Positions 8,098-18,582 of a stretch of DNA of 64,000 nucleotides are shown here, piece after piece. How positions within the stretch are numbered: the first letter of the stretch is position 1; every line of letters begins with the position of its first letter. The position numbers and the translations under genes are program-made. The notes beneath the pieces were generated by a model. That model was given only the letters and a program-made list of their open reading frames with translations, searched no databases and was not told where the DNA came from. This stretch comes from Candidatus Omnitrophota bacterium (GTDB lineage: Bacteria; Omnitrophota; Gorgyraeia; 2-01-FULL-45-10): assembly GCA_030695905.1 (NCBI GenBank), contig JAUYOL010000001.1, forward strand, positions 2,023 to 66,022, written 5' to 3'.

Positions 8098-9079
8098 TCA
8101 AATCCTTCATCTGTTCGTATTTCTTTATAAATGAAATCACTTCCGGCCGCTTCCAGCCTTCCTTTAAATATTCTTCCCAAATTTGTTTTATCGACTGCTT
8201 ACGTAAATTGCCATAAGTGAAAGGCAATAGCAAGTCTAGCCTTAAAGTTGCTTCCGGAGTAATGATGCACCAGATATTGGGAGCAGCCGAACGCACGCTA
8301 AGGTAAGTCTTTAAAACCTGCTTTTCCGGAGAGGGTGCAATGATTGTCATTTTATCAGAATATTTCTTGGCCGATTCATCCAGTGATTTAAAAAATTCGG
8401 TATACTGTTTATCGCCCAGGGCGATCGAAGCGGAATTCAGGGCAGCCCGGCCTGTCAAGACCAGCATATCCGTGACAAAATACTCCAGATCCATTTCCGC
8501 GCAGAGCGCGATCACATTACCCACATCGAAATAATTCACGCTGGAGGGCACAAAGGAAACATGGACGCGCACGCCGTTATTTTTAAGCAGTTTTACCGCA
8601 GCGACGGATTTTTCCCAGCTGCCTGCCAAGCCTCTCGCTTTTTCATGGGTTTCGGCCGTTGAGCCGTCTATGCTGATCTGCACCCACTTTACCTTGAGTC
8701 GCGCCATTTCTTTTGCCGCGGCCTCGTCTACCTTGGTGCCATTGGTAATTATCCCTACTTGTATATCATATTCTCTTAACTTGCTGACGATCTGCGCCCA
8801 GTCATCGCGTAACAGTGCCTCGCCGCCGGTAAGATAAACCTCGAATACCCCTAATTCTCCCAACTGTTGGGCGATCTTAATAGCTTCGGAGGTATTAAAT
8901 TCTTTTGCGGAAGACTTTGAATTAGCATTGTAATAACAATGTACGCAGGAAAGGTTGCATTTATTGGTCAATTCCCAAAGCCCAAAAATGGGGGCCTTAA
9001 AATACTTTGGCAGTATCTCTTTCTTATTTAAGGTATCGATGCGCTGCGTAAAACTATTTGTAAATGTTGGCTCGGACAT
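8048..9079 (-). CDS. Radical SAM enzyme, PqqE-like N-terminus, with cysteine-less SPASM-like C-terminal remnant
   Basis: CNLSCVHCY (CxxxCxxC) and GGEALL glycine-rich motif. The C-terminal ...IWCIITPEATLRLDLLLPFTYGNLRKQSIKQIW resembles the SPASM tail (GNL..sl..IW) but carries only 2 Cys in total. Confidence 0.8.
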   Translation of the reverse strand: MSEPTFTNSFTQRIDTLNKKEILPKYFKAPIFGLWELTNKCNLSCVHCYYNANSKSSAKEFNTSEAIKIAQQLGELGVFEVYLTGGEALLRDDWAQIVSKLREYDIQVGIITNGTKVDEAAAKEMARLKVKWVQISIDGSTAETHEKARGLAGSWEKSVAAVKLLKNNGVRVHVSFVPSSVNYFDVGNVIALCAEMDLEYFVTDMLVLTGRAALNSASIALGDKQYTEFFKSLDESAKKYSDKMTIIAPSPEKQVLKTYLSVRSAAPNIWCIITPEATLRLDLLLPFTYGNLRKQSIKQIWEEYLKEGWKRPEVISFIKKYEQMKDLIAERTIPYVTEDIHYE

Positions 9080-9167
9080 AAGTTAGCATTTTATCTTGTT
9101 AACCTTATTAAATCAAGGGGAATTCCACTATTTTAAATTGTGCCAGTGACTATTTATCGAGGGTTTT

Positions 9168-12100
9168 TTAAATGTGCTTTCCGGACGAGAGACTGCTAAT
9201 ATCGACCGTTCCGTGCTTCATCTCATATTTCCATTTCCAAATCGCATATATGGGCGGGTAGACTAATAACTCCATAATAAAACTTGTAAATACACCGCCT
9301 ATCATGGGGGCCGCGATACGTTTCATCATGTCAGCGCCGGTGCCCATGGACCACATGATCGGAATTAAACCCATAAACATAGCCATAACCGTCATCATCT
9401 TCGGCCTTATGCGCTTTACGGCGCCGTGAATTATCGCTTCCTTCAGATCTTCGTATGTCTTCATCCTGCCCTCTCTTACTCTCTCATTATATGAAAGATC
9501 CAGGAATAACAGCATAAAAACACCTGTTTCCGCGTCCAGGCCCATCAGCGCTATCATGCCTACCCAGACAGCGATAGAAATATTGTACCCAAGTATATAC
9601 AGTATCCATATCGCTCCTACGAGGGAGAATGGCACCGCGAGCATGACTATGGAGGCCTTTACCGGAGACTTGGTATTCATGTAGAGCATGACAAATATTA
9701 TAAAAATAGTTATCGGTATCACAAGCTTCAGTCTTTCTCTGACCCGCATCATATTTTCATACTGGCCGCTCCATTGTAAGCTATACCCTGTGGGTATTTT
9801 GAATTCTCTGTTTACTATATTTTTTGCCTCTGTAACGTAACTGCCGATATCGCGGCCGGCAATATCGACATAGACATAACCTGAAAGCATGCCGTTTTCG
9901 TCCCTTATCATGGCGGGGCCCGTGACGAGGTGTATGTCGGCGAGCTGGCCAAGCGGTATCTGCGCGCCGCTCATCGTAGGAACAAGTACGCGGCGAAGTT
10001 TATCCAGATCATCTCTTAATTCACGGGCATAACGCACATTAACCGAATACCGTTCTCTGCCCTCAATAGTAGTTGTAACACCTTCGCCTCCTATCGCTGA
10101 CATTATCACCATTTCAGCATCTTTTATTGTCAGGCCATATCTGGCCAGTTGGTCGCGTTTAATATCAAAATCAACAAAATAACCGCCTGTGACACGCTCG
10201 GCATAGATAGAGCGCGTGCCTTTAACGCCCTTCAAGATCATTTCAAGATGCGTGCCTATTTTTTCTATTTCATCCAGATTCGCGCCGTATATTTTTATTC
10301 CCACAGGCGTGCGCACCCCTGTCGATAGCATGTCTATCCTTGCCTTGATAGGCATGGTCCAGGCATTCGTTACGCCGGGGAATTGGAGTTTTTCGTCCAA
10401 TTCATTTATTATATCTTCCCATGTAATACGATCTCTCCAGATGGCCTTAAACGGCGCCTGTAATATATCCGGCATCCATGAATACCAGCGATGCACTTTT
10501 CTCCATTGATCTTCCGGCTTCAATATTATTGTGGTCTCCATCATGGAAAAAGGCGCCGGGTCCGTGGATGTCTCCGCCCTTCCCGCCTTACCGAATATCC
10601 TCTCAACCTCAGGCACAGTCTTTATAACTTTATCCATGGTCTGAAGCAGCGCCTGAGTCTCTGTTACGGATATGCCGGGTAAAGTGGTGGGCATGTAAAG
10701 TATAGAGCCTTCATTCAAAGGCGGCATGAATTCGTTCCCCAGCTTAAAATATATGGGGATGGTTAAAATCATTAATACTATGGCCGCTATTATTGTGGTC
10801 TTGCGGTATTTCAGGACAAACTTACAGGCAGGTTCATAAATAGCGAATAAAATTTTACTCACAGGATGTTTTTCTTCTGGATAATATTTTCCGACGGTAA
10901 TCGCATTGACTATATTTGATAACCATTTGGGCTTAAAGTGCTTATAATCCATTCTTGTAAAGAGCATGCGCAGCGCAGGGTCGAGCGTGATGGCCAATAT
11001 AGCGGCGATCGCCATGGCCAGGTTTTTGCTGGCCGCGAGCGGCCTGAATAATCTTCCTTCCTGATCGACGAGAGTAAATACCGGCAGGAATGCCACTGCT
11101 ATGACCAGCAACGAAAAGAATACTGATGGGCCCACTTCCTTTAAGGCCTTCAGCCTGACCTCATGAAAATCCCCGACGCGCCCTCCCGACTGCCACAACT
11201 CCAGCTTCTTATAGGCATTCTCCACTTCCACGATTGCCCCGTCGACCAGAACTCCTATTGATATCGCTATGCCGGATAGCGACATGATATTTGAGGTCAA
11301 CTTGAGTCCATATAAAGGTATGAATGAAAGCAGCACCGCAATCGGTATTGTAACAATGGGTATTATAGCGGAAGGAAAATGCCATAAAAATATCAGGATG
11401 ACAATACTTACTATTATCATCTCTTCCGTCAATTGATGCTTCAAGGTGTCGATGGAGCGTTTTATTAACTCCGAGCGGTCGTAAGTGGTAACGAGCGCTA
11501 CCCCTTCGGGTAACGAGGCCTTGACCTCCTGGATCTTTTCTTTAACACTGTTGATCACATTAAGGGCGTTCTCGCCCTGACGCATGACGATTATACCGCC
11601 TACTGTATCGCCCTCGCCATCAAGGTCAGCGACGCCGCGGCGTATATCCGGCCCTAGAACAACCGCGCCGACATTTTTTACTAAAATGGGCACTCCGGAC
11701 TTGTCAACGCTGATAACTATATCCTCGATATCTTTGACGGATTTCGCGTAACCTCTGCCGCGTACCATGTATTCTTTGCCTGAAAATTCCACGAGCCGCC
11801 CGCCAACGTCATTATTTCCGTCGCGGATGGCGTCCACTATTTTAGCTATCGGGATGTTGTACTGCAGAAGAGCGGATGGGTTAACATTGACCTGATATTG
11901 TTTCTGAAAACCGCCTACGGACGCGACTTCTGCCACGCCCGGAACACTCTGCAGCCAATAGCGCAAATACCAATCCTGGAACGACCGAAGTTTTGCCAGG
12001 TCGTTTTTACCGGATTTGTCGACAAGCGCGTATTGGTACACCCAGCCCACGCCTGTCGCGTCAGGCCCCATTTCCGTTTTTACGCCTTCGGGCAATTTGG

Positions 12101-12452
12101 GGATTATCTTGCTTAAGTATTCCAACGTGCGGCTGCGCGCCCAATATATGTCTGTCCCGTCTTTGAATATGACGTATACGTAGGAAAATCCGAAGTCAGA
12201 AAATCCGCGGATCGCCTTGACTTTCGGCGCACCGAGCATCGCGGTTACTATAGGATATGTTACCTGATCTTCGATAATATCGGGTGAGCGGTCCCAGCGC
12301 GAATAGATTATAACCTGGGTATCGGACAGGTCGGGGATAGCATCAAGGGGTATATTCCTGACACAGTATACTGCCGCAACTATGGCCGCAACAGTAAATA
12401 TTATTACTATATATTTATTCTTTGCGGAAAACTCTATTATTCTTTCGATCAT
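9168..12452 (-). CDS. cusA: CusA/CzcA-family heavy-metal RND efflux pump
   Basis: 1094 aa, 12-TM RND architecture, with the HME-type N-terminus. Confidence 0.9.
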   Translation of the reverse strand: MIERIIEFSAKNKYIVIIFTVAAIVAAVYCVRNIPLDAIPDLSDTQVIIYSRWDRSPDIIEDQVTYPIVTAMLGAPKVKAIRGFSDFGFSYVYVIFKDGTDIYWARSRTLEYLSKIIPKLPEGVKTEMGPDATGVGWVYQYALVDKSGKNDLAKLRSFQDWYLRYWLQSVPGVAEVASVGGFQKQYQVNVNPSALLQYNIPIAKIVDAIRDGNNDVGGRLVEFSGKEYMVRGRGYAKSVKDIEDIVISVDKSGVPILVKNVGAVVLGPDIRRGVADLDGEGDTVGGIIVMRQGENALNVINSVKEKIQEVKASLPEGVALVTTYDRSELIKRSIDTLKHQLTEEMIIVSIVILIFLWHFPSAIIPIVTIPIAVLLSFIPLYGLKLTSNIMSLSGIAISIGVLVDGAIVEVENAYKKLELWQSGGRVGDFHEVRLKALKEVGPSVFFSLLVIAVAFLPVFTLVDQEGRLFRPLAASKNLAMAIAAILAITLDPALRMLFTRMDYKHFKPKWLSNIVNAITVGKYYPEEKHPVSKILFAIYEPACKFVLKYRKTTIIAAIVLMILTIPIYFKLGNEFMPPLNEGSILYMPTTLPGISVTETQALLQTMDKVIKTVPEVERIFGKAGRAETSTDPAPFSMMETTIILKPEDQWRKVHRWYSWMPDILQAPFKAIWRDRITWEDIINELDEKLQFPGVTNAWTMPIKARIDMLSTGVRTPVGIKIYGANLDEIEKIGTHLEMILKGVKGTRSIYAERVTGGYFVDFDIKRDQLARYGLTIKDAEMVIMSAIGGEGVTTTIEGRERYSVNVRYARELRDDLDKLRRVLVPTMSGAQIPLGQLADIHLVTGPAMIRDENGMLSGYVYVDIAGRDIGSYVTEAKNIVNREFKIPTGYSLQWSGQYENMMRVRERLKLVIPITIFIIFVMLYMNTKSPVKASIVMLAVPFSLVGAIWILYILGYNISIAVWVGMIALMGLDAETGVFMLLFLDLSYNERVREGRMKTYEDLKEAIIHGAVKRIRPKMMTVMAMFMGLIPIMWSMGTGADMMKRIAAPMIGGVFTSFIMELLVYPPIYAIWKWKYEMKHGTVDISSLSSGKHI

Positions 12453-12453
12453 A

Positions 12454-13734
12454 TTATTGGCCGTGTTTGTGTTCGGCGCTTTGGGATGCGGCCTTTAACT
12501 TGCTTTCCGAATCTATCAGAAAATTGCCGCTCGTTATCACTATATCGCCTTCTTTCAAACCATCCAACACTTCATAATAACCTTCGGCCTTGGGGCCCAG
12601 CCTGACTTCGCGCGACTCCAAAACGCCGCTTTCTTCCGACAGGTAGACTATCTTTCTTAAGCCCGTATCCAGAACAGCGTCTTGAGGCACCGCCAATTTT
12701 TCGCCCATGTTTTCTTTGATCTTGGCGTTAACAAACATCTCCGGTTTTAATTTGTCGTCAGGATTCGGTATCTTCACCCGCACCTGATTGGTTCTTGTCG
12801 CAGGATCCAGCACCGGATTAATGGAAACTACAACGCCTTTGAATATTTCGCCCGGATAAGCAACCGCCTCTATCTCTACAGGTGTGCCGACTTTAACAAG
12901 GCCTATCTCGTATTCATAGATAGCTACATAAGCCCATACGCTTTCTCCTTTTGCGGGAAGGTAAAGGCTCGTATCGGCTTTTCTTGAATTTTGCAATTCG
13001 ACTATCTGTTCATCGCTCATGCCGAGAAGCTTCAACTTGCGGCGAGCTGCCTGCGTAAGCGACTTTGCCCTTTCCACAACATCCAAAAGCGGCGAATCCT
13101 TCACATTATCTTCATTCTTAATTGCTTGAATAAATTCTTCCTGCGTTACCATCAATTGCGGGTCATACGCTATCTTGCCCGACGCGCGTATGGCCCTTAT
13201 TAATTCTAATCTTTTGACGAGCTCGGTTCTCACCCCTATAAGCTGTTGTTTTTCAGGGCTTATCATCACGGTGGTACCGGAAACTGCTGCGGCTTGCGGC
13301 TGTTTTGTTATCTGGATGACCTTGCCGCTGGCCGTAGATATTACCTCTCCGCAAATAGGGCAGATTATCCTTTCGCCCGGTTTCAGCATCGTCTTCACGT
13401 ACATGGTGCAATCTTTCATCGTGCAATCGTGTTCTATGCATACTTCTTCTAAGCTTTTTTCCGGCGCCTGCGTTACGGTTTTTGCGGGCTCCGGGGATTT
13501 TTCTATCTTCACTAATTTCATGCCGCATATAGGACAATCACCAGGCCTGTCTGATGTGTATGCCGGATGCATAGGACAACGGTACACGACCTTGTCTTGA
13601 CCTGAAACGGTGCCTTCTTTTTGGGCGCATCCTTGAATTACAAACGATATGCCAAAAATCAGTACAAGCGCCGTTATCACTACTATAATATTCTTGCTAT
13701 TTTTTCTCATTAGCTTCCTTCTCCTGTAATTCAT
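12454..13734 (-). CDS. cusB: CusB-like membrane fusion protein with N-terminal tandem CxxC heavy-metal-binding domains
   Basis: YRCPMHP...CPICGM and CTMY...CPICGE motifs, then a biotinyl-lipoyl/beta-barrel MFP core. Confidence 0.8.
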   Translation of the reverse strand: MNYRRRKLMRKNSKNIIVVITALVLIFGISFVIQGCAQKEGTVSGQDKVVYRCPMHPAYTSDRPGDCPICGMKLVKIEKSPEPAKTVTQAPEKSLEEVCIEHDCTMKDCTMYVKTMLKPGERIICPICGEVISTASGKVIQITKQPQAAAVSGTTVMISPEKQQLIGVRTELVKRLELIRAIRASGKIAYDPQLMVTQEEFIQAIKNEDNVKDSPLLDVVERAKSLTQAARRKLKLLGMSDEQIVELQNSRKADTSLYLPAKGESVWAYVAIYEYEIGLVKVGTPVEIEAVAYPGEIFKGVVVSINPVLDPATRTNQVRVKIPNPDDKLKPEMFVNAKIKENMGEKLAVPQDAVLDTGLRKIVYLSEESGVLESREVRLGPKAEGYYEVLDGLKEGDIVITSGNFLIDSESKLKAASQSAEHKHGQ

Positions 13735-14986
13735 CTAAAGTAATACCCATAGCCTTTTCAAGATCGGCAAGCGCTATCCTAAGTTCTAAGATCGCCTTGT
13801 AGTGGTCGATCTTAAAGTCTTCCAGATTACGCTGGCTGTCTAATAATGTCAGAAAATCTGTTACCCCCGAAGAATAGCCTTTTAACGAGGCCTTTACGGT
13901 CTCGTCTGCCTGCGGAAGAAAGGCCGTCTCATACAACTCCACCACTTTTTTATTGGCTTCCACTCTCGCGTGAGCATCCCTTACGTTGAACAAAACCATA
14001 TTTTCTTTAGCTCTGTATTCCGCCTTTAACATATCAAGTTCGGCCTTCATCTCTTTTACGCCGAAAGCCTGTTTTTGAAAAAACCAAAGCGGCACCGTAA
14101 CGCCGAGCATGCCTGCCCACATTCTTTTTTCAGTCTTGTCGGGCCCGACCATCTGTCTGAATCTTACGACAAAGTTCGGCATGAATTCATTGATCGACAA
14201 ATCATATGCTGCTTTGCCCCTCTCTATGCCGTACCGGTACGCCTTAAGCTCCGGGTTATAAAATTGCGCGGTCGCATAGAATTTTTCGAGCGGATAATTA
14301 AACGAAATTGCGTCCTCAGCCGAAGGAAGCCCCATCTCTTCCTTAGGGTCTCTGTTCATGAGGGTATTGATCTTAGCCTGCGCGGAGAGCCTTTTCTGCT
14401 CGAGCATAATAAGTTCATTATCTATCTTTGCCAGTTCCACCTGGGCCCTCAAAGCGTCGGCTTGCGTCCCGGTATCTGTCGAATATCTTGCGGTTGCGCT
14501 TTCTGAGAATTGTTCGAGAAGATTTTTCTGGTCCTTTATCACATCAATTGATTTATAGATGAGAGAGAGTTCCGCATAGGCACTCTTGACTTGTGATATT
14601 ATCTCTCTCTCTTTAGTTTTATAATTTTCATACGCCATCTTCGCCAATTTTGACGCTATCTTAGCGCGCAAATACAATTTCGTCGGGAAGGGGATCTCCT
14701 GCGTGATGCCGTAGGTAGTCATCGGTTTGCCGCTTAAGTCTCTGTCTGCGGTGATTCTATCATATTCCATATCGAACATCGGATCATCCAGGCTTGCCGC
14801 CTGCCAGATTCTGGCGCTCGCTGCTTCATACGCTCTTTTGACTACGGAAATTTCGGGGTTAGACTTGAGAGTCTCGTCGATAGTGGCTTTTAGGGTAAAT
14901 GACCCTTCTGCAAAGGCATCATAATAGCCCAGCATGACACCCCCCAGAATCAAAATAAGAATTATAGCTATATATCTAATCTTCAT
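13697..14986 (-). CDS. cusC: TolC/CusC-family outer-membrane efflux protein
   Basis: 429 aa; signal peptide and two coiled-coil/beta-barrel repeats typical of OMF proteins. Confidence 0.8.
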   Translation of the reverse strand: MKIRYIAIILILILGGVMLGYYDAFAEGSFTLKATIDETLKSNPEISVVKRAYEAASARIWQAASLDDPMFDMEYDRITADRDLSGKPMTTYGITQEIPFPTKLYLRAKIASKLAKMAYENYKTKEREIISQVKSAYAELSLIYKSIDVIKDQKNLLEQFSESATARYSTDTGTQADALRAQVELAKIDNELIMLEQKRLSAQAKINTLMNRDPKEEMGLPSAEDAISFNYPLEKFYATAQFYNPELKAYRYGIERGKAAYDLSINEFMPNFVVRFRQMVGPDKTEKRMWAGMLGVTVPLWFFQKQAFGVKEMKAELDMLKAEYRAKENMVLFNVRDAHARVEANKKVVELYETAFLPQADETVKASLKGYSSGVTDFLTLLDSQRNLEDFKIDHYKAILELRIALADLEKAMGITLDELQEKEANEKK

Positions 14987-15070
14987 ATAATTATGTTATT
15001 ATCGCAAATATAGCACATGAAACTTGTTTTGGCAAATACCGGCTCTTAACCGCCATAGTATAATCTGCTC

Positions 15071-17290
15071 TTATCCGCTTCTTTTGTACCTTCTCATTAA
15101 CAAAGAGTTTCCTACTACCGAAACAGAACTAAATGCCATTGCCGCCCCAGCTATCATTGGATTCAGCAAAAATCCTGTAAAAGGATAGAGCAGCCCCGCG
15201 GCAATGGGTATTCCGACAATATTATAAAAAAACGCCCAAAAGAGGTTCTGCCTTATTTTACTCATGGTATATCCCGACAATTCAATAGCAGCGACCACAT
15301 CCCGCAGGTCATCCTTTATCAAAGTAATATCCCCGGATTCAAGGGCTACGTCCGTACCTGAACCTATAGCAATACCCAAATCCGCCTGCGTCAGGGCAGG
15401 GGCATCATTTAGTCCATCGCCAACGAACGCGACTTTTATCCCTTCGGATTGTAAGCGCACGATCTCCTTTAGTTTTTCTCCCGGCAGTACTTCGGTTAAA
15501 ACTTTATCTATGCCCAGCTCCTTCGCAATTACCTGCACTGTGCGCCTATTATCTCCCGACATTATAAGTATTTCTTTCCCCATTTTTTTAAGTCTAGAGA
15601 TTGTATCATGCGCAAAATTTTTTAAACTATCTCTGAACGCCAAGAGCCCAGTTAACTTTTCATCTTTTATTAAATACACTACGGTCTTGCCTTCATTTTC
15701 CAACCTTCTCACATCCTCTTCCGCCATGCGGACATCAATACTTTTCTTTTGCATGAGGCTGCGGTTTCCCACAATAATTTCGCTGCCATTTATACTGCCT
15801 ACTATGCCATTGCCCGGCAAAGACACGAATTTATCTACCGAATAAAGAGAAATTTTATTCGACTTCGCGGCGTTTATAACGGCTTCGGCTAAAGGATGTC
15901 CCGATTTGTTTTCTAAAGATACGCCGAGCCGTAAAACTTCCCGTTCGTCACAATTGTAAGTTTTTATATCCGTAAGCTGCGGCTTACCAATAGTCAGGGT
16001 CCCGGTCTTATCGAATATTACTACCTTAACCTGCCCGGCTATTTGTAAAGAGGCCGCGTTTTTGATAATAATCCCATTTTCCGCGGCCTTACCCGTGCCT
16101 ACCATAACAGCCGTTGGTGTTGCTAATCCCAATGAGCATGGGCAAGCAATGATTAGTACGGATATAAAAGCACTTAGCGCAAAAACAAAATCTTTTCCTA
16201 AAAAAATCCAGCCAAAAAACGAAAGGCAGGCAATTATCAATACTGTTGGAACAAAGATGGCGGCGATTTTGTCTGCCAACTGCTGAACAGGAGCCTTAGA
16301 CCCCTGCGCTTCTTCAACCAACTTTATTATCTGGGCCAGAGTTGTTTCGCGGCCCACCTTTGTCGCTTTAAATTTAAATGATCCGCTTTTATTTATTGTT
16401 CCCCCGATTACGGTATCGCCAATTGTCTTTTCAACCGGCATGCTTTCACCTGTGACCATAGACTCATCTACGCTTGAATAACCTTCGATGATCTTGCCAT
16501 CAACCGGAATTTTTTCTCCGGGCTTAACTATAATGATGTCACCTATAATTAATTCCTCAACGGGCATTTTTTCTTCCATGCCATTTCTTACAGTGGCGGC
16601 TATTTTTGGCTTAAGACCCATCAGTTTTTTGATCGCTTGTGATGTTTTCCTTTTGGAAATCGATTCGAGGTATTTTCCCAACAAGATAAAAGTGGGCAGA
16701 AAAGCGGCTACTTCATAATAAAGATTTTGCATGCCAAATGACTTATCCTGTGACCATATCATAATGCTTACAAATAGACTATACAGGTAAGCGCTCCCCA
16801 CCCCCAAAGCCACCAGGGTATCCATGCTGGCTCGATGTAGTTTAACTATGGTAGAAAATCCTCGACTGAAAAATTGATAGCTGCAGATTAAAACCCCTGT
16901 CGCCAAAATAAACTGCCATAATGCCATGGCCTCCATAACAAACTCAGGAACTGGTAAATCAACACAGGAACCCATCGAGATATACATCAGTGTGGAGGAG
17001 AGCGTTACCGCTATAATAAATTTTAATTTTAAGCGGTTTGTTTCTTTATCGGATTGTCTTTCCCTATTTAAAGAGGCATCTTCGGGCTCCGCGCTATAGC
17101 CTGTTTTTTTAATCGCTGTTATGATATCGAGTGTATTTATTGTTTCGGGATTATACTCTATATATGCCTTTTCTGAAGCAAAATTGACACGAGCGTTCTC
17201 GATGCCCTTAAATTTCTTTAAAGAGATCTCTATATTGGCTGCGCAGGAGACGCAATGCATCCCGAAAATATTTAAAATGATTTTTTTCAT
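15071..17290 (-). CDS. copA: Copper-translocating P1B-type ATPase
   Basis: HMA domain [15 protein letters not shown] motif [30 protein letters not shown]. Confidence 0.9.
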   Translation of the reverse strand: MKKIILNIFGMHCVSCAANIEISLKKFKGIENARVNFASEKAYIEYNPETINTLDIITAIKKTGYSAEPEDASLNRERQSDKETNRLKLKFIIAVTLSSTLMYISMGSCVDLPVPEFVMEAMALWQFILATGVLICSYQFFSRGFSTIVKLHRASMDTLVALGVGSAYLYSLFVSIMIWSQDKSFGMQNLYYEVAAFLPTFILLGKYLESISKRKTSQAIKKLMGLKPKIAATVRNGMEEKMPVEELIIGDIIIVKPGEKIPVDGKIIEGYSSVDESMVTGESMPVEKTIGDTVIGGTINKSGSFKFKATKVGRETTLAQIIKLVEEAQGSKAPVQQLADKIAAIFVPTVLIIACLSFFGWIFLGKDFVFALSAFISVLIIACPCSLGLATPTAVMVGTGKAAENGIIIKNAASLQIAGQVKVVIFDKTGTLTIGKPQLTDIKTYNCDEREVLRLGVSLENKSGHPLAEAVINAAKSNKISLYSVDKFVSLPGNGIVGSINGSEIIVGNRSLMQKKSIDVRMAEEDVRRLENEGKTVVYLIKDEKLTGLLAFRDSLKNFAHDTISRLKKMGKEILIMSGDNRRTVQVIAKELGIDKVLTEVLPGEKLKEIVRLQSEGIKVAFVGDGLNDAPALTQADLGIAIGSGTDVALESGDITLIKDDLRDVVAAIELSGYTMSKIRQNLFWAFFYNIVGIPIAAGLLYPFTGFLLNPMIAGAAMAFSSVSVVGNSLLMRRYKRSG

Positions 17291-18348
17291 TATTTGATTC
17301 CCATTTGCAGAAGATATTTCTTTACACTTAGGGATGCCTTAGCCCCTTCTCCCGAAGCGATAATTATTCTTTTTCCAAAACAATTGGTAACATCGCCGCA
17401 AGCGAATATGCCTTCGACATTGGTGGAACAGTCGGGGTTTATTGCTATTTCTCCTTTTTCATTTAACTTAACCAGGTCCCTGCAAAATTCAGTGTTTGGA
17501 ATAAAGCCCATCTCGATGAATACGCCACTACAGGAGACCTGTTTTGTTGTCAACTTATCGGAAGATTGGATGACAACACCATCTATTCTATCTTCCCCTT
17601 TGATTTCAATAACAGTATTGTTCTCGATGATATTTACAGCACCGCCCCTTTTAAGCTCTTTAATATTATATGGGTTGGCGGTAAGCCTATCTTTTGATAT
17701 AAGCGATACTTTGCATCCCGCATTTTTAAGTTCGGTAGCTGCCCCAACAGCAAAATCTCCTCCCCCCACAACAACTACATCTGCTTCTTTAAATAACGCG
17801 GCGTCCTGGACATAATAATATGAAACTCCGCGCCTCACAAACTTCTCTTCACCTGGTACACCCAGTGTCTTTTGTTTTATCCCTGTAGCAATGATAAGCG
17901 CATAAGTAGTTATGCTGCTTTCGTCCTTGGTAAATACCTCAAAAATGTTTCCTTTCCGGATAATCTTAACAACTTCGTCTATCTTGTGCTCTAAGTAATG
18001 CTCATGTAAAAATTGACGCTCAAATTTCTCCACGAGCTCTTTCCCGCTAATAAAATCAAAACCCATGTAGTTTTTAATTTTTGCGCTGTTAATAGCCTGA
18101 CCGCCGATATTATTTGTTACCACGAAAGTGTCGATTTTTAAAGCAGACGCATAAACAGCTGCTGTCAATCCTGCCGGGCCTGCGCCGATAATAACCAGGT
18201 CGTAAACATATTTCGCCATGGCCTCCTCTGAAGACCCCTTAAATTTTTCCAAGCATCCCTTGGAACAAAAAAAGTATTTTTTGCCTCCAATCTCAAAAAC
18301 GAATTGTTCGCTTTCCACTCTCATGCCGCAAATAGGGTCTTTGATCAT
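17290..18348 (-). CDS. TRASH/YHS metal-binding domain fused to a thioredoxin-reductase-like FAD/NAD(P) flavoprotein lacking the CxxC redox centre
   Basis: N-terminal ICGMRV...YFFCSKGC. Two Rossmann GxGxxG motifs (IIGAGPAG; [12 protein letters not shown]). At the usual CATC position it reads [10 protein letters not shown]. Confidence 0.7.
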   Translation of the reverse strand: MIKDPICGMRVESEQFVFEIGGKKYFFCSKGCLEKFKGSSEEAMAKYVYDLVIIGAGPAGLTAAVYASALKIDTFVVTNNIGGQAINSAKIKNYMGFDFISGKELVEKFERQFLHEHYLEHKIDEVVKIIRKGNIFEVFTKDESSITTYALIIATGIKQKTLGVPGEEKFVRRGVSYYYVQDAALFKEADVVVVGGGDFAVGAATELKNAGCKVSLISKDRLTANPYNIKELKRGGAVNIIENNTVIEIKGEDRIDGVVIQSSDKLTTKQVSCSGVFIEMGFIPNTEFCRDLVKLNEKGEIAINPDCSTNVEGIFACGDVTNCFGKRIIIASGEGAKASLSVKKYLLQMGIK

Positions 18349-18408
18349 TCGAGCCCTCCTTTATTTAAAGAGTGAATGAAAAGATTTAAATCAAGATCCT
18401 TCTAATCA

Positions 18409-18564
18409 GTGCTTGCTGCCATGCTCGGTATTTTCATGTATAAGGCTATGCTCGATTGCGCCTATTCTTAAACATATATCAACAAGCGTGATGGTTGTAA
18501 AAATAATATATACAACGCCGGCGGCTACTAATAGTTTCCAGTAAATGGGCTTTATTTTATTCAT
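18409..18564 (-). CDS. Candidate small membrane peptide with His-rich tail (not in ORF track)
   Basis: Hand translation MNKIKPIYWKLLVAAGVVYIIFTTITLVDICLRIGAIEHSLIHENTEHGSKH (about 52 aa). GAGGGA lies upstream; it sits between the YHS protein and TRASH-flavoprotein genes. Confidence 0.25.
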
Positions 18565-18582
18565 AACCTTTTCCCTCATTTG

